Below, one piece after another: positions 19,669 through 30,153 of a stretch of DNA of 64,000 nucleotides. The notes beneath the pieces are model-generated. The model saw only the letters and a program-made list of their open reading frames with translations, searched no databases and had not been told where the DNA came from. The stretch is from Candidatus Melainabacteria bacterium 17Bon1m. GTDB lineage: Bacteria; Cyanobacteriota; Vampirovibrionia; Obscuribacterales; Obscuribacteraceae. A program made the position numbers and the translations under genes. Numbering within the stretch: position 1 is the stretch's first letter; every line of letters starts with the position of its first letter. The stretch is taken from the NCBI GenBank assembly GCA_032128875.1, contig JAVLKG010000008.1, positions 64,001 to 128,000 on the forward strand. Direction: 5' to 3'.

Positions 19669-20456
19669 CGAGTGGGTTCAGCTCTTAACTGACTGTATAA
19701 GACCCTTTCGGACAACGAACATGCACAACGAACTGTGCTCTGACACGTTCAGTATAACATAGTTAATTTTGTTGCAAATTCTCAAAACCGGCACCCAATG
19801 AGGCATTGCAGCGATACGAGATATATCGCCCATGCATAACACAAAGCACACAGTCGACATTCAGTCGACTCTTACAACAATTAGTAAACTAAATGTCGAG
19901 AGGGTTGCATGTTTGAAAGGCGGAACTTCCACTCATCAACTAGGTCAATTAGTTGACAGCACAAGCCAATTTCCAAGAGGCACCCTTTTCGGATGCAGGT
20001 TTTTCCATGCCACCAAATACGCAACCAACAAAAAATCGACAACACAAAATCGCGCAAAAACACACGCGTAAAATCGAAAAGTACGAGCGAAAAATCGAAA
20101 TGATTTTTCGAAAAAACATCTCTCGACTGTCGGGGTGCACCACCATTCGAGGTATCACCCAAACGCGCTAATTCTGGCTCACAAACGGGTTTTCAATAAG
20201 GAAAAAAAGTTTGATGAGGCCAGGACTTTTCGGATGCAGATCAGTTCCCCGCGCGTCAAAGATTTTAAAAATTGTAATCGTGCGGCGCGATTTCCAATTG
20301 TTCTAACCAACGAAAACCCTGTTGCTGCAAAGCTTTCCATACGAGGAAAAACAGATCCCCTCTGGAAACTTTCCGATCGGGGTGGGAACTTTGCCCCCAC
20401 CCTCGGGTCATTCCCGATGCGCAAAAGCGTTGAAGAACCAAAAATTATAAGGATAG

Positions 20457-21530
20457 GTGATCGCGATGAACCAGAGAAAGAATGGAAAAATCGCGTTGTT
20501 GTTAGCCGCTGTTGGAGTGTTGTGTGCCGCTACGGTTTCGTTAGCCGAACAAACTCAACTTGTTAGCACTACGCGTGTAGTAACTGCATGTGGCGAGCTG
20601 TTCGCCCTCGACTCTAATGCTGATGGCATGACCGCTGCAGAAAGAGTATCTATAGTACAAAAACGCCTCGATGACGCTCTTATTAAGAGTTTGCACCGCG
20701 TTCCGGAAGCAGTTAGCGTTGCCGTCGTCAACCGCAACCCTAGCGTGCTTATCGATGGCAAGTTGATCGTCACTGCCGACGGAAACAGCGCAGCTAGAGC
20801 CGGCATGACCCAAATGCAATTGGCACAAAAATGGGCAGACAGCATCAGAGCTTGCATGGCACATTCCGAAGAGCTGGAAAAATATGTCGCCATGCTGACC
20901 GGCAAATTTGCAACCCCTGTAGCTTCAACCAAAGCACTTGGTAATGACGAAGTAGCAGTAGCACCGTCGGAAATGCTCATGCCTATCGAGCTGGCCACCC
21001 CAATCTCCACCGAAGCATCGATTTTGGGCGACAGAGTAGAAGCAGTCATTACACATGACGTTCCTCTTAAACCAACTTTTGATACCTATATTCCAGCCGG
21101 ATCGCTGGTATACGGTGAAATTGTTGACGCCGACCAATTCTTGCCCAACCACTACGCTGGCAAAGACGGCTTCACGGTGGAGTTCTATGAAATCCGCATG
21201 CCGGACGGCAAGAAGATCCCAATTACGGCTCACATTCTCGGCGGCTTGAATGCATGGAAACTTATCCATACAAAACCCACCACAGCTGAGCACGTACAAC
21301 CAGTCTCTGTAGCAGTACAAGACAATCGCATCGTAACTGTCGATTTGAACGCCAAGAGAGGCGTCATCACCGGCGGTTGGAAAGGCACACCGGTTGATGA
21401 AGCTACTCAATCCAGCTTCCGCCGCGCTTGCTTCAAACGTTTCCCTGGCGTAGTGATTCCTTCTGGTGAGCCCATGATGATGCAGCTTTCCGGAACCACC
21501 ACTGTTGCCGTATCACAACAAACAATGTAA
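20457..21530 (+). CDS. Secreted two-domain protein
   Basis: Signal-peptide-like N-terminus; paralogous to the next gene (TADGNSA, LAxKWADSIR, IPxGS); may start at ATG 20466. Confidence 0.8.
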   Translation: MIAMNQRKNGKIALLLAAVGVLCAATVSLAEQTQLVSTTRVVTACGELFALDSNADGMTAAERVSIVQKRLDDALIKSLHRVPEAVSVAVVNRNPSVLIDGKLIVTADGNSAARAGMTQMQLAQKWADSIRACMAHSEELEKYVAMLTGKFATPVASTKALGNDEVAVAPSEMLMPIELATPISTEASILGDRVEAVITHDVPLKPTFDTYIPAGSLVYGEIVDADQFLPNHYAGKDGFTVEFYEIRMPDGKKIPITAHILGGLNAWKLIHTKPTTAEHVQPVSVAVQDNRIVTVDLNAKRGVITGGWKGTPVDEATQSSFRRACFKRFPGVVIPSGEPMMMQLSGTTTVAVSQQTM

Positions 21531-21544
21531 TAAGGAGATAACCT

Positions 21545-22513
21545 ATGTCTACGTCAATGAAGAGCAAAATTTTTGCTTTGGCATTGTTAGCCTCCTTCGC
21601 TGTACCTGCTTCATTTGCTGGATTCAACAACGGCAATAAGGTGACCCTCGGTGGCGAGGACGCTTTCAGAATTCTGGGTTCCGCCGAAGGATTTTCACCG
21701 GAAAAGCGTGCCTGGCAAACTCAAGATGCGCTCGATAACGCGCTTGTACGCGCCAGCTCGATCGCTCCGGAAGCTGTAACAGTGCAAAAGTTGAACGGCG
21801 CTTTCGTAGTCTGCCTGGACGGACAGAAAGTAGCTACAGCAGATGGAAACAGCGCACAATTGGAAGGCTGCTCGCCGGAAGCGTTGGCCAATAAATGGGC
21901 TGACTCTATCCGCAACTTCCTTTCCGATTCGTCACGCGCTAGCAACTACGTTGCAACTTTGAAAGATCCCAATCAAGTAGAAGCTAATGTAGCGATGGTC
22001 GAACGCAAGCTCTATGCTCCAGCCGGGCTTAAAATGGCTGTCAGACTGGACCAACCGCTCTCGTTCGCCACTGTAAAAGCTGGTGACGTAATCACCGGTA
22101 CTGTACGTGAAGAGTGCCGCATGGGCAACTATGCCATTCCTTCGGGCAGTATCGTAACGGGTAAAGTAGTTGAGTTGGAGCCGGATTCTTACGCCGTTTC
22201 CTTCACCACTTTGCGCCTCCCCTCTGGCACGGAAATGCCGATCGCCGCAAGTCTTGCCTACGGAACCGTAGTCACGACCAAAGGACCACACCTGGTATCA
22301 ACCTATGCAATTCCTTCCGGAATGGCTAATGGCGTACCGGAAATCGCCGGCAGAATTCCTGCATCGGTAGCCATCGGCGCTGTGGGCGGCAACGATCAAA
22401 CCACGATCGTTATGCATCGCAGCAGTGACGTGCTCACCGTAGACCAACCGCTGGCAGTAGTGCTGCAAGAAACAGCACCAATCACCGTTGTTTCGGTCGG
22501 TCACGAAATGTAA
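21545..22513 (+). CDS. Secreted two-domain protein, paralogue of the preceding gene
   Basis: AAGGAG RBS, signal peptide, shared motifs. Confidence 0.85.
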   Translation: MSTSMKSKIFALALLASFAVPASFAGFNNGNKVTLGGEDAFRILGSAEGFSPEKRAWQTQDALDNALVRASSIAPEAVTVQKLNGAFVVCLDGQKVATADGNSAQLEGCSPEALANKWADSIRNFLSDSSRASNYVATLKDPNQVEANVAMVERKLYAPAGLKMAVRLDQPLSFATVKAGDVITGTVREECRMGNYAIPSGSIVTGKVVELEPDSYAVSFTTLRLPSGTEMPIAASLAYGTVVTTKGPHLVSTYAIPSGMANGVPEIAGRIPASVAIGAVGGNDQTTIVMHRSSDVLTVDQPLAVVLQETAPITVVSVGHEM

Positions 22514-22587
22514 TTAGCTTTGGCGGAACTGGAAGGCAGGCTTTATGCCTGTCTTCCGGTGAAACCAAAAGAGAAGGAGGAAACCCA

Positions 22588-23292
22588 ATGTTTCTAAAAC
22601 GAAGTAAGCAAACACTGATTCTGGGCTCGATTCTCTCGCTTCTGAGCATCAATTGCGCACAAGCCAACGATTTGAGTGACTTGCTGCATAGCTGGGTAGG
22701 CAATGGCTATAGCAACTTTAACAACCTGTCTTCAGGTCATCAGATTTCGACCATCAACAATATTCAAAACCGCATCACCCAACTGCGATCGGATGCGAAT
22801 GTAGCAGTGCAAAGCGGTCAAATTACCCACAATGAATTCATCAATATGAATGCCGAATTGGATCGCATCAGCAACATGAGCGCCAGCTATTCAGCTAACG
22901 GCATGACATTCGGTGAGGCTCAAGCACTGATCGGCATGCTCGATACAGCGGCAACTCGCTTGACCAATTACGGCTATGGCAACGTATCGCAATTCCCTAG
23001 CTACAATCCAAGACCAGGCGGCTATGGCTTCGCCAACATCAATGAAAGGCAAGCCTTTATTCAACGCCGAATCGATCAGGGCGTTCGCAACGGCAGACTC
23101 AATCAGTTTGAAGCAAACAACCTGCGCGCACAATTGGATCGAATCGGACGCGATGAAGCCAACATGAGACTCGGCGGACTATCCGGCTGGGAAAGACAAA
23201 GTCTTCTCTCACGCTTGGACAATCTCAACAGTCGTGTGACCAATGAGTTGAACGACGGACAAATTGCCGGACGACGCAATCGCTGGTACTAA
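22588..23292 (+). CDS. Secreted helical repeat protein
   Basis: AGGAGG RBS, signal peptide, two related helical units (IxxxVxxGxIxxxE...LDRI). Confidence 0.8.
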   Translation: MFLKRSKQTLILGSILSLLSINCAQANDLSDLLHSWVGNGYSNFNNLSSGHQISTINNIQNRITQLRSDANVAVQSGQITHNEFINMNAELDRISNMSASYSANGMTFGEAQALIGMLDTAATRLTNYGYGNVSQFPSYNPRPGGYGFANINERQAFIQRRIDQGVRNGRLNQFEANNLRAQLDRIGRDEANMRLGGLSGWERQSLLSRLDNLNSRVTNELNDGQIAGRRNRWY

Positions 23293-23354
23293 GCGCATTG
23301 CCTAGTACGAAGCATTGCATAGTACGAAGCGTATTGCCTAGTACGAAGCGCATT
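23291..23354. repeat. 3.5 tandem copies of a 17-19 bp unit
   Basis: AAGCGCATTGCCTAGTACG, AAGCATTGCATAGTACG, AAGCGTATTGCCTAGTACG, AAGCGCATT. Confidence 0.8.
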
Positions 23355-23383
23355 CCGAAGGCGATAGCATTACGAGATACAAG

Positions 23384-23411
23384 GCGGGTGGCACTTAGCC
23401 GCCCGTTTTTC
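23384..23411 (+). terminator. Intrinsic terminator
   Basis: GCGGGTGGC-ACTTA-GCCGCCCGT followed by T run. Confidence 0.7.
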
Positions 23412-24005
23412 TTATTGCGTTTTGAACTTGCAAGAGTTGACGATGCTCATCATGATTGCCTCGGATTTTTTGAAATCGCTTTCTTTGTCTCGCGCAACCA
23501 TGACACAAAAACCTTGCTTCAAGCGGGTTACGACAGCAAATCCACTTGATCTACCGCCTTCCATAGAACCGCCAAAACCAGCCTTTTCGAGCTTCACCCC
23601 ATTCACTGTTAGTGGTTTGGCTGGCGTAGTTTTGAAGTCACTCGAGCCAGTTGAATAGGCACGAAAGACTTGATCGAAAACAGACTTCGAAGAAGACAGT
23701 TTGGCAGTTTCGGGAAGAACATCAACGCTAAGAACTGCGTGCTCGCCATTCTTATCATCCGGTCCCATGAACATATAAGTGAGTCGATCGCCTAAAGGAA
23801 GCATGGCTAGTCTGTAGCCCTTAGGAAGATTTGCTTCGACCTGCGCGCCACCGCGAAGCAGAAGTTGCTGTGGTCCTGGGGTTGTCGCTTTGATTGTCAA
23901 CGAAAAGACTTTGCTTAAGCCCATTTGCGGCGCAAGCAAACCGGCTGCGAGCAGACATGAACAGACTGCAAATTTCAGCGCTCTCGTCATCGAATTCCGT
24001 CGCAT
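23412..24005 (-). CDS. Secreted protein, possibly PsbP/DcrB-like fold
   Basis: Signal peptide; LPKGY; similar layout to the next gene; ends IVNSCKF. Confidence 0.7.
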   Translation of the reverse strand: MRRNSMTRALKFAVCSCLLAAGLLAPQMGLSKVFSLTIKATTPGPQQLLLRGGAQVEANLPKGYRLAMLPLGDRLTYMFMGPDDKNGEHAVLSVDVLPETAKLSSSKSVFDQVFRAYSTGSSDFKTTPAKPLTVNGVKLEKAGFGGSMEGGRSSGFAVVTRLKQGFCVMVARDKESDFKKSEAIMMSIVNSCKFKTQ

Positions 24006-24014
24006 GTTTTCACC

Positions 24015-24704
24015 CTAGCCTTGAACTTTGCATGATTTCACGATTCCGCGAAGAGTCTCTTCCGATTGCTTGAAGTATTTGCCTCCGTTGCGACCGGTGA
24101 AGATCAAAAAACCGCTTTTCAGCCTGCCTACATAGAAAAAGCCTTCGAGCGCCGTTCCATCTGGAATGAAGCCGCTGAATGAGGCACTTTCGAAAGAGCG
24201 ACCATCAATGATTTGCGGATCGTAGTTTTGCTGGCGGAAGTCTTTGAGATTGCTCTTGCCAGGCTTCATCATGATATCGAGAACCGCCTTATTGGAAGGC
24301 AGTTCATCGGACAGTTTGAACGGCAACATGAAAAACATCACCCCTGGTTGAGTGTCATCTGCATTTCTGGGACCACTGAAGGCGTACTCGATTTTTCCAC
24401 TGTCCTCGCGCTTTTTGATCGTCCAACCTTTAGGCAAATCGACTTCAACCTTTTCGGTAGGAAAAGAAAGAATCTGAGGATTCTCGGTCGGCTCGACAAT
24501 TTCAGCGCCACGAAAGGGCTCTGAATGCTTGATCGGCTCGTTTGTTTTTGGTGTTGAAACGCTGGTGGGATCAGGAAGAGAAATTGGAGAAGCCATGGAG
24601 CCGGGCGCAGAAACCAGAGGCGGATCAGCGATGGCGACGAGAGGCAAAATGGTGAAACTGGCGCAAGCGAGAAACGTGCGGAAAGCCAGACGGAAACTCC
24701 TCAT
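24015..24704 (-). CDS. Secreted protein, paralogue of the preceding gene
   Basis: Signal peptide; LPKGW; ends IVKSCKV; start moved to ATG 24704 with GAGG RBS. Confidence 0.7.
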   Translation of the reverse strand: MRSFRLAFRTFLACASFTILPLVAIADPPLVSAPGSMASPISLPDPTSVSTPKTNEPIKHSEPFRGAEIVEPTENPQILSFPTEKVEVDLPKGWTIKKREDSGKIEYAFSGPRNADDTQPGVMFFMLPFKLSDELPSNKAVLDIMMKPGKSNLKDFRQQNYDPQIIDGRSFESASFSGFIPDGTALEGFFYVGRLKSGFLIFTGRNGGKYFKQSEETLRGIVKSCKVQG

Positions 24705-24904
24705 TACTACCTCAAAAGTGAAACCCGCACAATTGTCCAACGACATATCAAAAACTGCAATCGGATATGACCTGATTCCACGTTAAACCGCTACTTGACT
24801 GGCTTCCCATTTTTTACTACTTCTTTTAGTATAGACAGTCTCAAAACGTAAGGGCAAAAGGTTTGCCGATGCAAACCCAGAGCCACTTACGAATTTGGTT
24901 GGCA

Positions 24905-25390
24905 TCAGTCGACAAGCCGCAGACGTTCGTGAGACGGAAACGAATTCCAGTCGTAGCGGCTGAAGGCGCATGCGCAGGCGGATTTGACCACTTCGACGGA
25001 GCAGTCGGACAAAAGTCCAACCAAACCGGCAGCGGTCTGCGCCACACACACGTCAGTCATCACCCCGACAACACGGAACAAGTTGGCAGGCAGTTCGTGC
25101 TCGGCGCAATACTCGACGACTTCCCGAGAGCCGTCTTCGTGCGCTTTCTTGACCTTATGCCGTTTGGCATAACCAGCCATGATTTCGAGCAGATCGCTGT
25201 CCGTTTCACCAGCACACTCGAGGTCGAATTCGACGACGATGATGTGCCAGCCACGCTGCATCGCAAGGCGCACCTCTTCTTTCACACCGCGCATGGCGGA
25301 GCGAGCAAGCGGAAAGCCCTGCGATTGCATGTCGACAATGACGAGGGCACCAGTTTCAACCGGCACCGCTAGTGATGGCATTGTCATCAT
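24905..25390 (-). CDS. Isochorismatase-like cysteine hydrolase
   Basis: ALVIVDMQ, conserved Lys, GVMTDVCVAQTA. Confidence 0.85.
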   Translation of the reverse strand: MMTMPSLAVPVETGALVIVDMQSQGFPLARSAMRGVKEEVRLAMQRGWHIIVVEFDLECAGETDSDLLEIMAGYAKRHKVKKAHEDGSREVVEYCAEHELPANLFRVVGVMTDVCVAQTAAGLVGLLSDCSVEVVKSACACAFSRYDWNSFPSHERLRLVD

Positions 25391-25599
25391 CGTTTTTCTC
25401 CTCGTAAGCCTCGAAAAGTAAACGCCGGGCGGCGAAAATCAAGCGTTGGCGCCTGACTCCCGCCACCCGAGCGCTCTCTCACTACTTCTCAAAGCCATTG
25501 TGTTTGCCGACAGGAAAGACCGCTCCCTAAGCGTCAAATGCGTCTTTTCGACACAGATGTCGCTTCGAACAGTGCGCTAAAGCGCGCTGCTCTACGGTG

Positions 25600-26244
25600 T
25601 TAAGCGCCCTTCCTTTCGACGACTGCGGTGAGCTTGGCAATCACCGCCTGGTGATTGGTGCCTGCCGCGATCTTGCCTTCCATGCGACGAGTGCCATTGC
25701 CGGCGTTGGTCGGGTTCGACCAGACGATGCCGGAGACGGACTCGAGCGCGGAGCGGATGCCGCCGTTGCCCTTGAAATCGCTGCCGCTGGCGCCCGTCAC
25801 GACGACAGTAACAGCAAGGGAGGCGTCATCGTTCTTGGTGACCGTCGCGGTGATCTTGGCGGTCTTGATGACGTGGGGCTTGTCGCCGACGTTGACGAGT
25901 GTCACCGGAACCGGCGTCTTGGCGAGCTGTGGCAGTCGCTTGGGAGCCGGGCGTTCCGCCTGCTTGGAAGTCGGACGCTCTGCCTGCTTTCGAGAAGTCA
26001 CGGCAGGAGCAACAGCGGAGGGGACATCGAGACAGTCGGTAGTGAAATCGACCAGGTTCTTGGTGGCGAACCATCCACCAAGAGCCAGCACGCCGGTACC
26101 AATCCAACGCGCCATGTCCGGCAGGTTGTACTGGAAGTACTGTGCGATGGGTTCGGCGGCGAAGTAGGCGACAGCGCCGACCACGACAGAAGCTAGAAAC
26201 CTCACGAAGTAGGTTTCGATTTTGGCCTGAGTGCAAGACTTCAT
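25600..26244 (-). CDS. Hypothetical membrane protein (2 TM)
   Basis: GAGGAG RBS, strong codon bias, duplicated KQAERP. Confidence 0.75.
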   Translation of the reverse strand: MKSCTQAKIETYFVRFLASVVVGAVAYFAAEPIAQYFQYNLPDMARWIGTGVLALGGWFATKNLVDFTTDCLDVPSAVAPAVTSRKQAERPTSKQAERPAPKRLPQLAKTPVPVTLVNVGDKPHVIKTAKITATVTKNDDASLAVTVVVTGASGSDFKGNGGIRSALESVSGIVWSNPTNAGNGTRRMEGKIAAGTNHQAVIAKLTAVVERKGA

Positions 26245-26718
26245 AGTTTCTCCTCTTCAGAGACTTTGTTGAACACGTGACCGGAACACACTCACTCCAC
26301 ACTGTTGTGAAGGAAGATGCGTCCGAGTGATTACGGGGAATGATTTTTCGGGGCTGAGCGAAAGTAGTTGCAGAAGGAGAAAATAGTGAGAGTAAAAGTG
26401 AGCCTAAGAATTCAAGACAGGATTCTCAAGTGATTCACTTTTTTGTAAAGATAGAAAGAAGCTTAAAAGGGGATGCCAAGTAGCTCAAATAGCCATTTTA
26501 GAGCCATCGAGGAGACTGCTCGACAAATTCTTGGCAACTATTTACGGGGTATTTTTCTGGCAAGACCGAAAGGCTCAAGCTGGTTGCAGATGCCGTATTC
26601 AAGTGGACATTAAGGCGCTGCCATGATTAAGTCCCGAAAAAGCGCCACATTGCGGCTTAGCGCAGATAGCGCAAATAGCTCTTTCTGTTACCAAAACGAC
26701 GTGCTAGGCTCTTCGATT

Positions 26719-27903
26719 ATGAGTAATCCGCAAGAAATGCTCGAAAAAGCAGCCAAGCTTTCCGAGCAAATAATCCAAGTACGCAGACACTTACACTCCG
26801 CTCCCGAACTGAGCTTTCAGGAAGTCAAAACGGCCCAGTTGGTGAAAAACCGGCTTGAGCAGCTCGGCTTCACAGTGCAAGAGGGCGTGGCAAAGACAGG
26901 ACTGATCGCTGATATCGGTTCTGAAAACGGCAAAACCGTAGCAATTCGCTCAGACATGGACGCGTTGCCAGGCTTCGAGTCTACGCGCGCTGGTTATGTT
27001 TCCCAAACGCCAGGCATTATGCACGCATGCGGTCACGATGCACACGTCGCTATTGTCCTTGCTGCAGCAGAACTGGTGGCTAAAGAGTTTGCGGCAAACT
27101 CGCAGGGTGAGCCACAGGGGCGGTTGCGCATTATCATGCAGCCGGGAACAGAAGAGGCGGAACGCGACGGCAATCAGAGCGCACGAATGCTCATGGATGC
27201 CGGCGCGCTGAATGATGTTAGTGCATTACTGGGACTGCACGTTGATGCAACGATCGAAACTGGTCGAGCTGGAATTATCTCAACGCAGCTCAACAACGAG
27301 GTTTCGATTTTCACACTAAACATTCAAGCAGAAGAGCAAAACGGAAAGTCACAAGACGCTTTGCCCAAAGCGAATAGTTTGATGACTGCGTTCTACAAAT
27401 TGGCGAATGATTTGAACAATCGAGGCACAGCATCCTTGGCGCTTGGCTCCTGCATTTCATCTAGCCAGAGAGGAAATATTCTTTCGCCGCAAGTAGTTCT
27501 TTCCGGCACCATATCAAGTACCAATGCCCAGGCAAAAGCTGAGGCGGTTCAACAAATAGAAAAACTCGCCGCAAAAGAAAACAGTGATGGTCTGACAGTT
27601 TCGCTTCAAGTTGCTGATACCGATTCAAATTCAATGCAGAGCTCAGCCGTCATTGAGACTTTGAAAACAGCAGCGATTGACTTACTTGGCGAAGGCAAAG
27701 TATCTGACTTAAGCCGCAAAACATGGGCATCTGACTTCGCTCTTCTTGCCAGTGCAGCACCGGCTGCCTTTGTCTATCTAGGCGCGCAAATCTCCGGCAG
27801 TCGCCGCATCCACCATCAACCAACTTTTGATCTGGACGAAACTGGCTTACACCTGGGTGCCGCCATCCTTGCGCTTTCCGCCTTACGGCTAATGCGAAAT
27901 TGA
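26719..27903 (+). CDS. M20 family amidohydrolase
   Basis: RRHLHSAPELSFQE, RSDMDALP, MHACGHDAH, GLHV, HHQPTFDLDE; start moved to ATG 26719. Confidence 0.9.
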   Translation: MSNPQEMLEKAAKLSEQIIQVRRHLHSAPELSFQEVKTAQLVKNRLEQLGFTVQEGVAKTGLIADIGSENGKTVAIRSDMDALPGFESTRAGYVSQTPGIMHACGHDAHVAIVLAAAELVAKEFAANSQGEPQGRLRIIMQPGTEEAERDGNQSARMLMDAGALNDVSALLGLHVDATIETGRAGIISTQLNNEVSIFTLNIQAEEQNGKSQDALPKANSLMTAFYKLANDLNNRGTASLALGSCISSSQRGNILSPQVVLSGTISSTNAQAKAEAVQQIEKLAAKENSDGLTVSLQVADTDSNSMQSSAVIETLKTAAIDLLGEGKVSDLSRKTWASDFALLASAAPAAFVYLGAQISGSRRIHHQPTFDLDETGLHLGAAILALSALRLMRN

Positions 27904-28299
27904 GATTCTAAGTGTGTAATAAATTTCTAGATTTTTGTTACACCACTCAAACTTGAAAGCCTGCGCAGAGAAGGCTTGCGCTGCGTCAACTCGATTTGCA
28001 TTTTAAACCGGTGCTTGAGAAACAAACAGGCACCGATCTTCGTGCCCAGAAGATGTAATAAAAATCTGGAAATTATTACATTTTCAAATCGCCGAAATGT
28101 CGATAGCCAGCCAATCTTGAATTTCCTACTACGCGCAATCGTACACAAAGCACTAAAAAAGCGAGCCAAGGAAAACATCTAGAATTTGCAATCGATTTTG
28201 ATATCGAGTGCAGTTCGAGGTGAGTTTCCAGGGCTCGCTCCAGATGCCGGTTTAGCGGTCATCAAAACATCCCGGCTGGATGTTCTGACTTAGGCACCA

Positions 28300-28776
28300 T
28301 CAGCGCGAGAACGCCTGATAGAGCTTGACGGGGAGAATGAAGGGGGCGGTGAAGAGATAGCCGAGGAAGCGGTCGGTGAAATTGTCACCGAGGCTCCGGG
28401 GCCGGCTGCACATCTTCTGCGTTTCCGCATCAGTCGCATGAGTCGCATCAGCAGAGCCGGCGGGCTCGACTGTCGGAATGCGGCGCGGCGAGCCGAAATA
28501 ATCGACACGCACGAAGCCCCACTGGTCGAGGTAAACGCCCGACTGCGTGCGGGGAGTGCACGCGTAGGCGCGCACTTCAGAAGCACCGCCTTCGACGACC
28601 TGGCTCTTGTAGAAGTCCAGACCAGCCACCAGGATGAACGCGAGAGGCCAGTAGAAATTCACAAACTCACTGCCGACATTGAAGATGCGCGCGATGGCGA
28701 GAACGCCAAGCGCGGAGAGGACGTACGCAAAGTACGTCAGGTACGTGGCAAATCGGTTTTTCACAAAATTCTCCAT
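28300..28776 (-). CDS. Hypothetical membrane protein
   Basis: Hydrophobic segments, codon bias; could start at 28833, overlapping the upstream stop. Confidence 0.6.
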   Translation of the reverse strand: MENFVKNRFATYLTYFAYVLSALGVLAIARIFNVGSEFVNFYWPLAFILVAGLDFYKSQVVEGGASEVRAYACTPRTQSGVYLDQWGFVRVDYFGSPRRIPTVEPAGSADATHATDAETQKMCSRPRSLGDNFTDRFLGYLFTAPFILPVKLYQAFSR

Positions 28777-28829
28777 GCACAATATCCGTTTTCCGTACGG
28801 ATTTTTGTTGTTATGAACCGTGCCACCGC

Positions 28830-29171
28830 TCATGCAGTGCGATGGTCGGTCTGGTAGTAGAGGTTCTCAGAGAGCATGCCTCTCAGACTGTCAGCCAGTC
28901 TGCGGCTAACCTGGTCCTCGTAATTGCCCTTGTACTCGCCGCCCAGAAGTTGCGTGCGCTCTTCATCCATGACGATGAAATTGAGGCGCCCTGCATTGAG
29001 AGCCTCGACGAGCGACATGCCGATTTCCGGATCGCTGAGATGGTCAGGCAATTGACCACGCTGATGAATGCGCTCTTTCAGCGCTTCGACAGCTTGGAAT
29101 GGCGTTGCGGCGTACACCGGGAAAAGGCAGATGCCGGTAGCCACGAGGTACTTGTTTGTTCCTTGGTTCAT
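28830..29171 (-). CDS. Hypothetical protein
   Basis: ATG 29171 with GGAG RBS; 113 aa. Confidence 0.65.
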   Translation of the reverse strand: MNQGTNKYLVATGICLFPVYAATPFQAVEALKERIHQRGQLPDHLSDPEIGMSLVEALNAGRLNFIVMDEERTQLLGGEYKGNYEDQVSRRLADSLRGMLSENLYYQTDHRTA

Positions 29172-29385
29172 TATTACTCCAGCCCATGGGAGGGCGGGTG
29201 CCGGCCAGGTCAGCCGACACCAGGTCTTTGAGACAAGCGCTAATCGCCGAACCGACAATTCGGCTCGACGATGCACTTGTGACTGGCTCAGGCAGTCTGT
29301 ATTGGCAGACTACGCGATTGAGCCGTGCAGGACGAAAAGAGTTCCGCTTCTAAATTCGCTTGGCTTCTAAATTCGCTTGGCGAAA

Positions 29386-30153
29386 TCAGCAGTTGATGCC
29401 GAAAGAAGCGAGGCGCGTCTTCAGGTCATCGATGCCGATGAAGCGGATGGTGTTCATGCCCAACTTTCTGGCTGCCTCGATGTTGCCGGGCAGGTCATCC
29501 ACGAATAGACACTCTTCAGCTTTCAAGCCGCTGCGCTTGAGCACCTCCAGGTAGATCGCTTCTTCCGGCTTGGCATAGCCGACCAGATAGGAGAGAATCA
29601 ATTCCTCGAAGTGGCGCGAGACATTGTGCGTGCTTTCCAGGTACGAGTAGTGACTGTCGTTGGTGTTGGACAGAAGGTAGATCGGGCGGTCTTTCTTGAG
29701 CGACTGCAGAAGCGCCGCCATCTCCTCGTTCTCACGGAAAGTGGCGTTCCACAACGTGTGAAACTCATCTTCCTGCAAGTTGAGGTCGGCGACTTTGGCG
29801 TTGATTTCGCGCAGGACATCGGCTGTTCCAGCTCGACCTGATTCGTAACCAAGAGAAGCAATGTGCTTCAGAATCGGGACGAATTCCTCACGCGTTATCC
29901 CCGCCCTGTCACAGAAGCCCTGACAAACGGTTTCCCACTCGAAATCGACGAACACATGGCCCATGTCGAAAACGAGTAGTTTCACTTGCTTGCCCTTTGA
30001 CGCGACGTCCTTCTGGGGATCAGACGCCATGATATCAGAGCTGCTGGCAGGCGTCGCCGATGGCGATGCTTGCTCAATTTCAGGCAACGGCTCTTGTGGA
30101 GCGGCTGCGGTGTTGCTAGGAGGCGACATGGTGAGACCTAGAGATTGTGTCAC
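29386..30153 (-). CDS. HAD superfamily phosphatase (YihX-like)
   Basis: VFDMGHV, LLSNTN, KPEEAIY, LFVDDLPGNIEAA; start uncertain. Confidence 0.9.
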   Translation of the reverse strand: MTQSLGLTMSPPSNTAAAPQEPLPEIEQASPSATPASSSDIMASDPQKDVASKGKQVKLLVFDMGHVFVDFEWETVCQGFCDRAGITREEFVPILKHIASLGYESGRAGTADVLREINAKVADLNLQEDEFHTLWNATFRENEEMAALLQSLKKDRPIYLLSNTNDSHYSYLESTHNVSRHFEELILSYLVGYAKPEEAIYLEVLKRSGLKAEECLFVDDLPGNIEAARKLGMNTIRFIGIDDLKTRLASFGINC

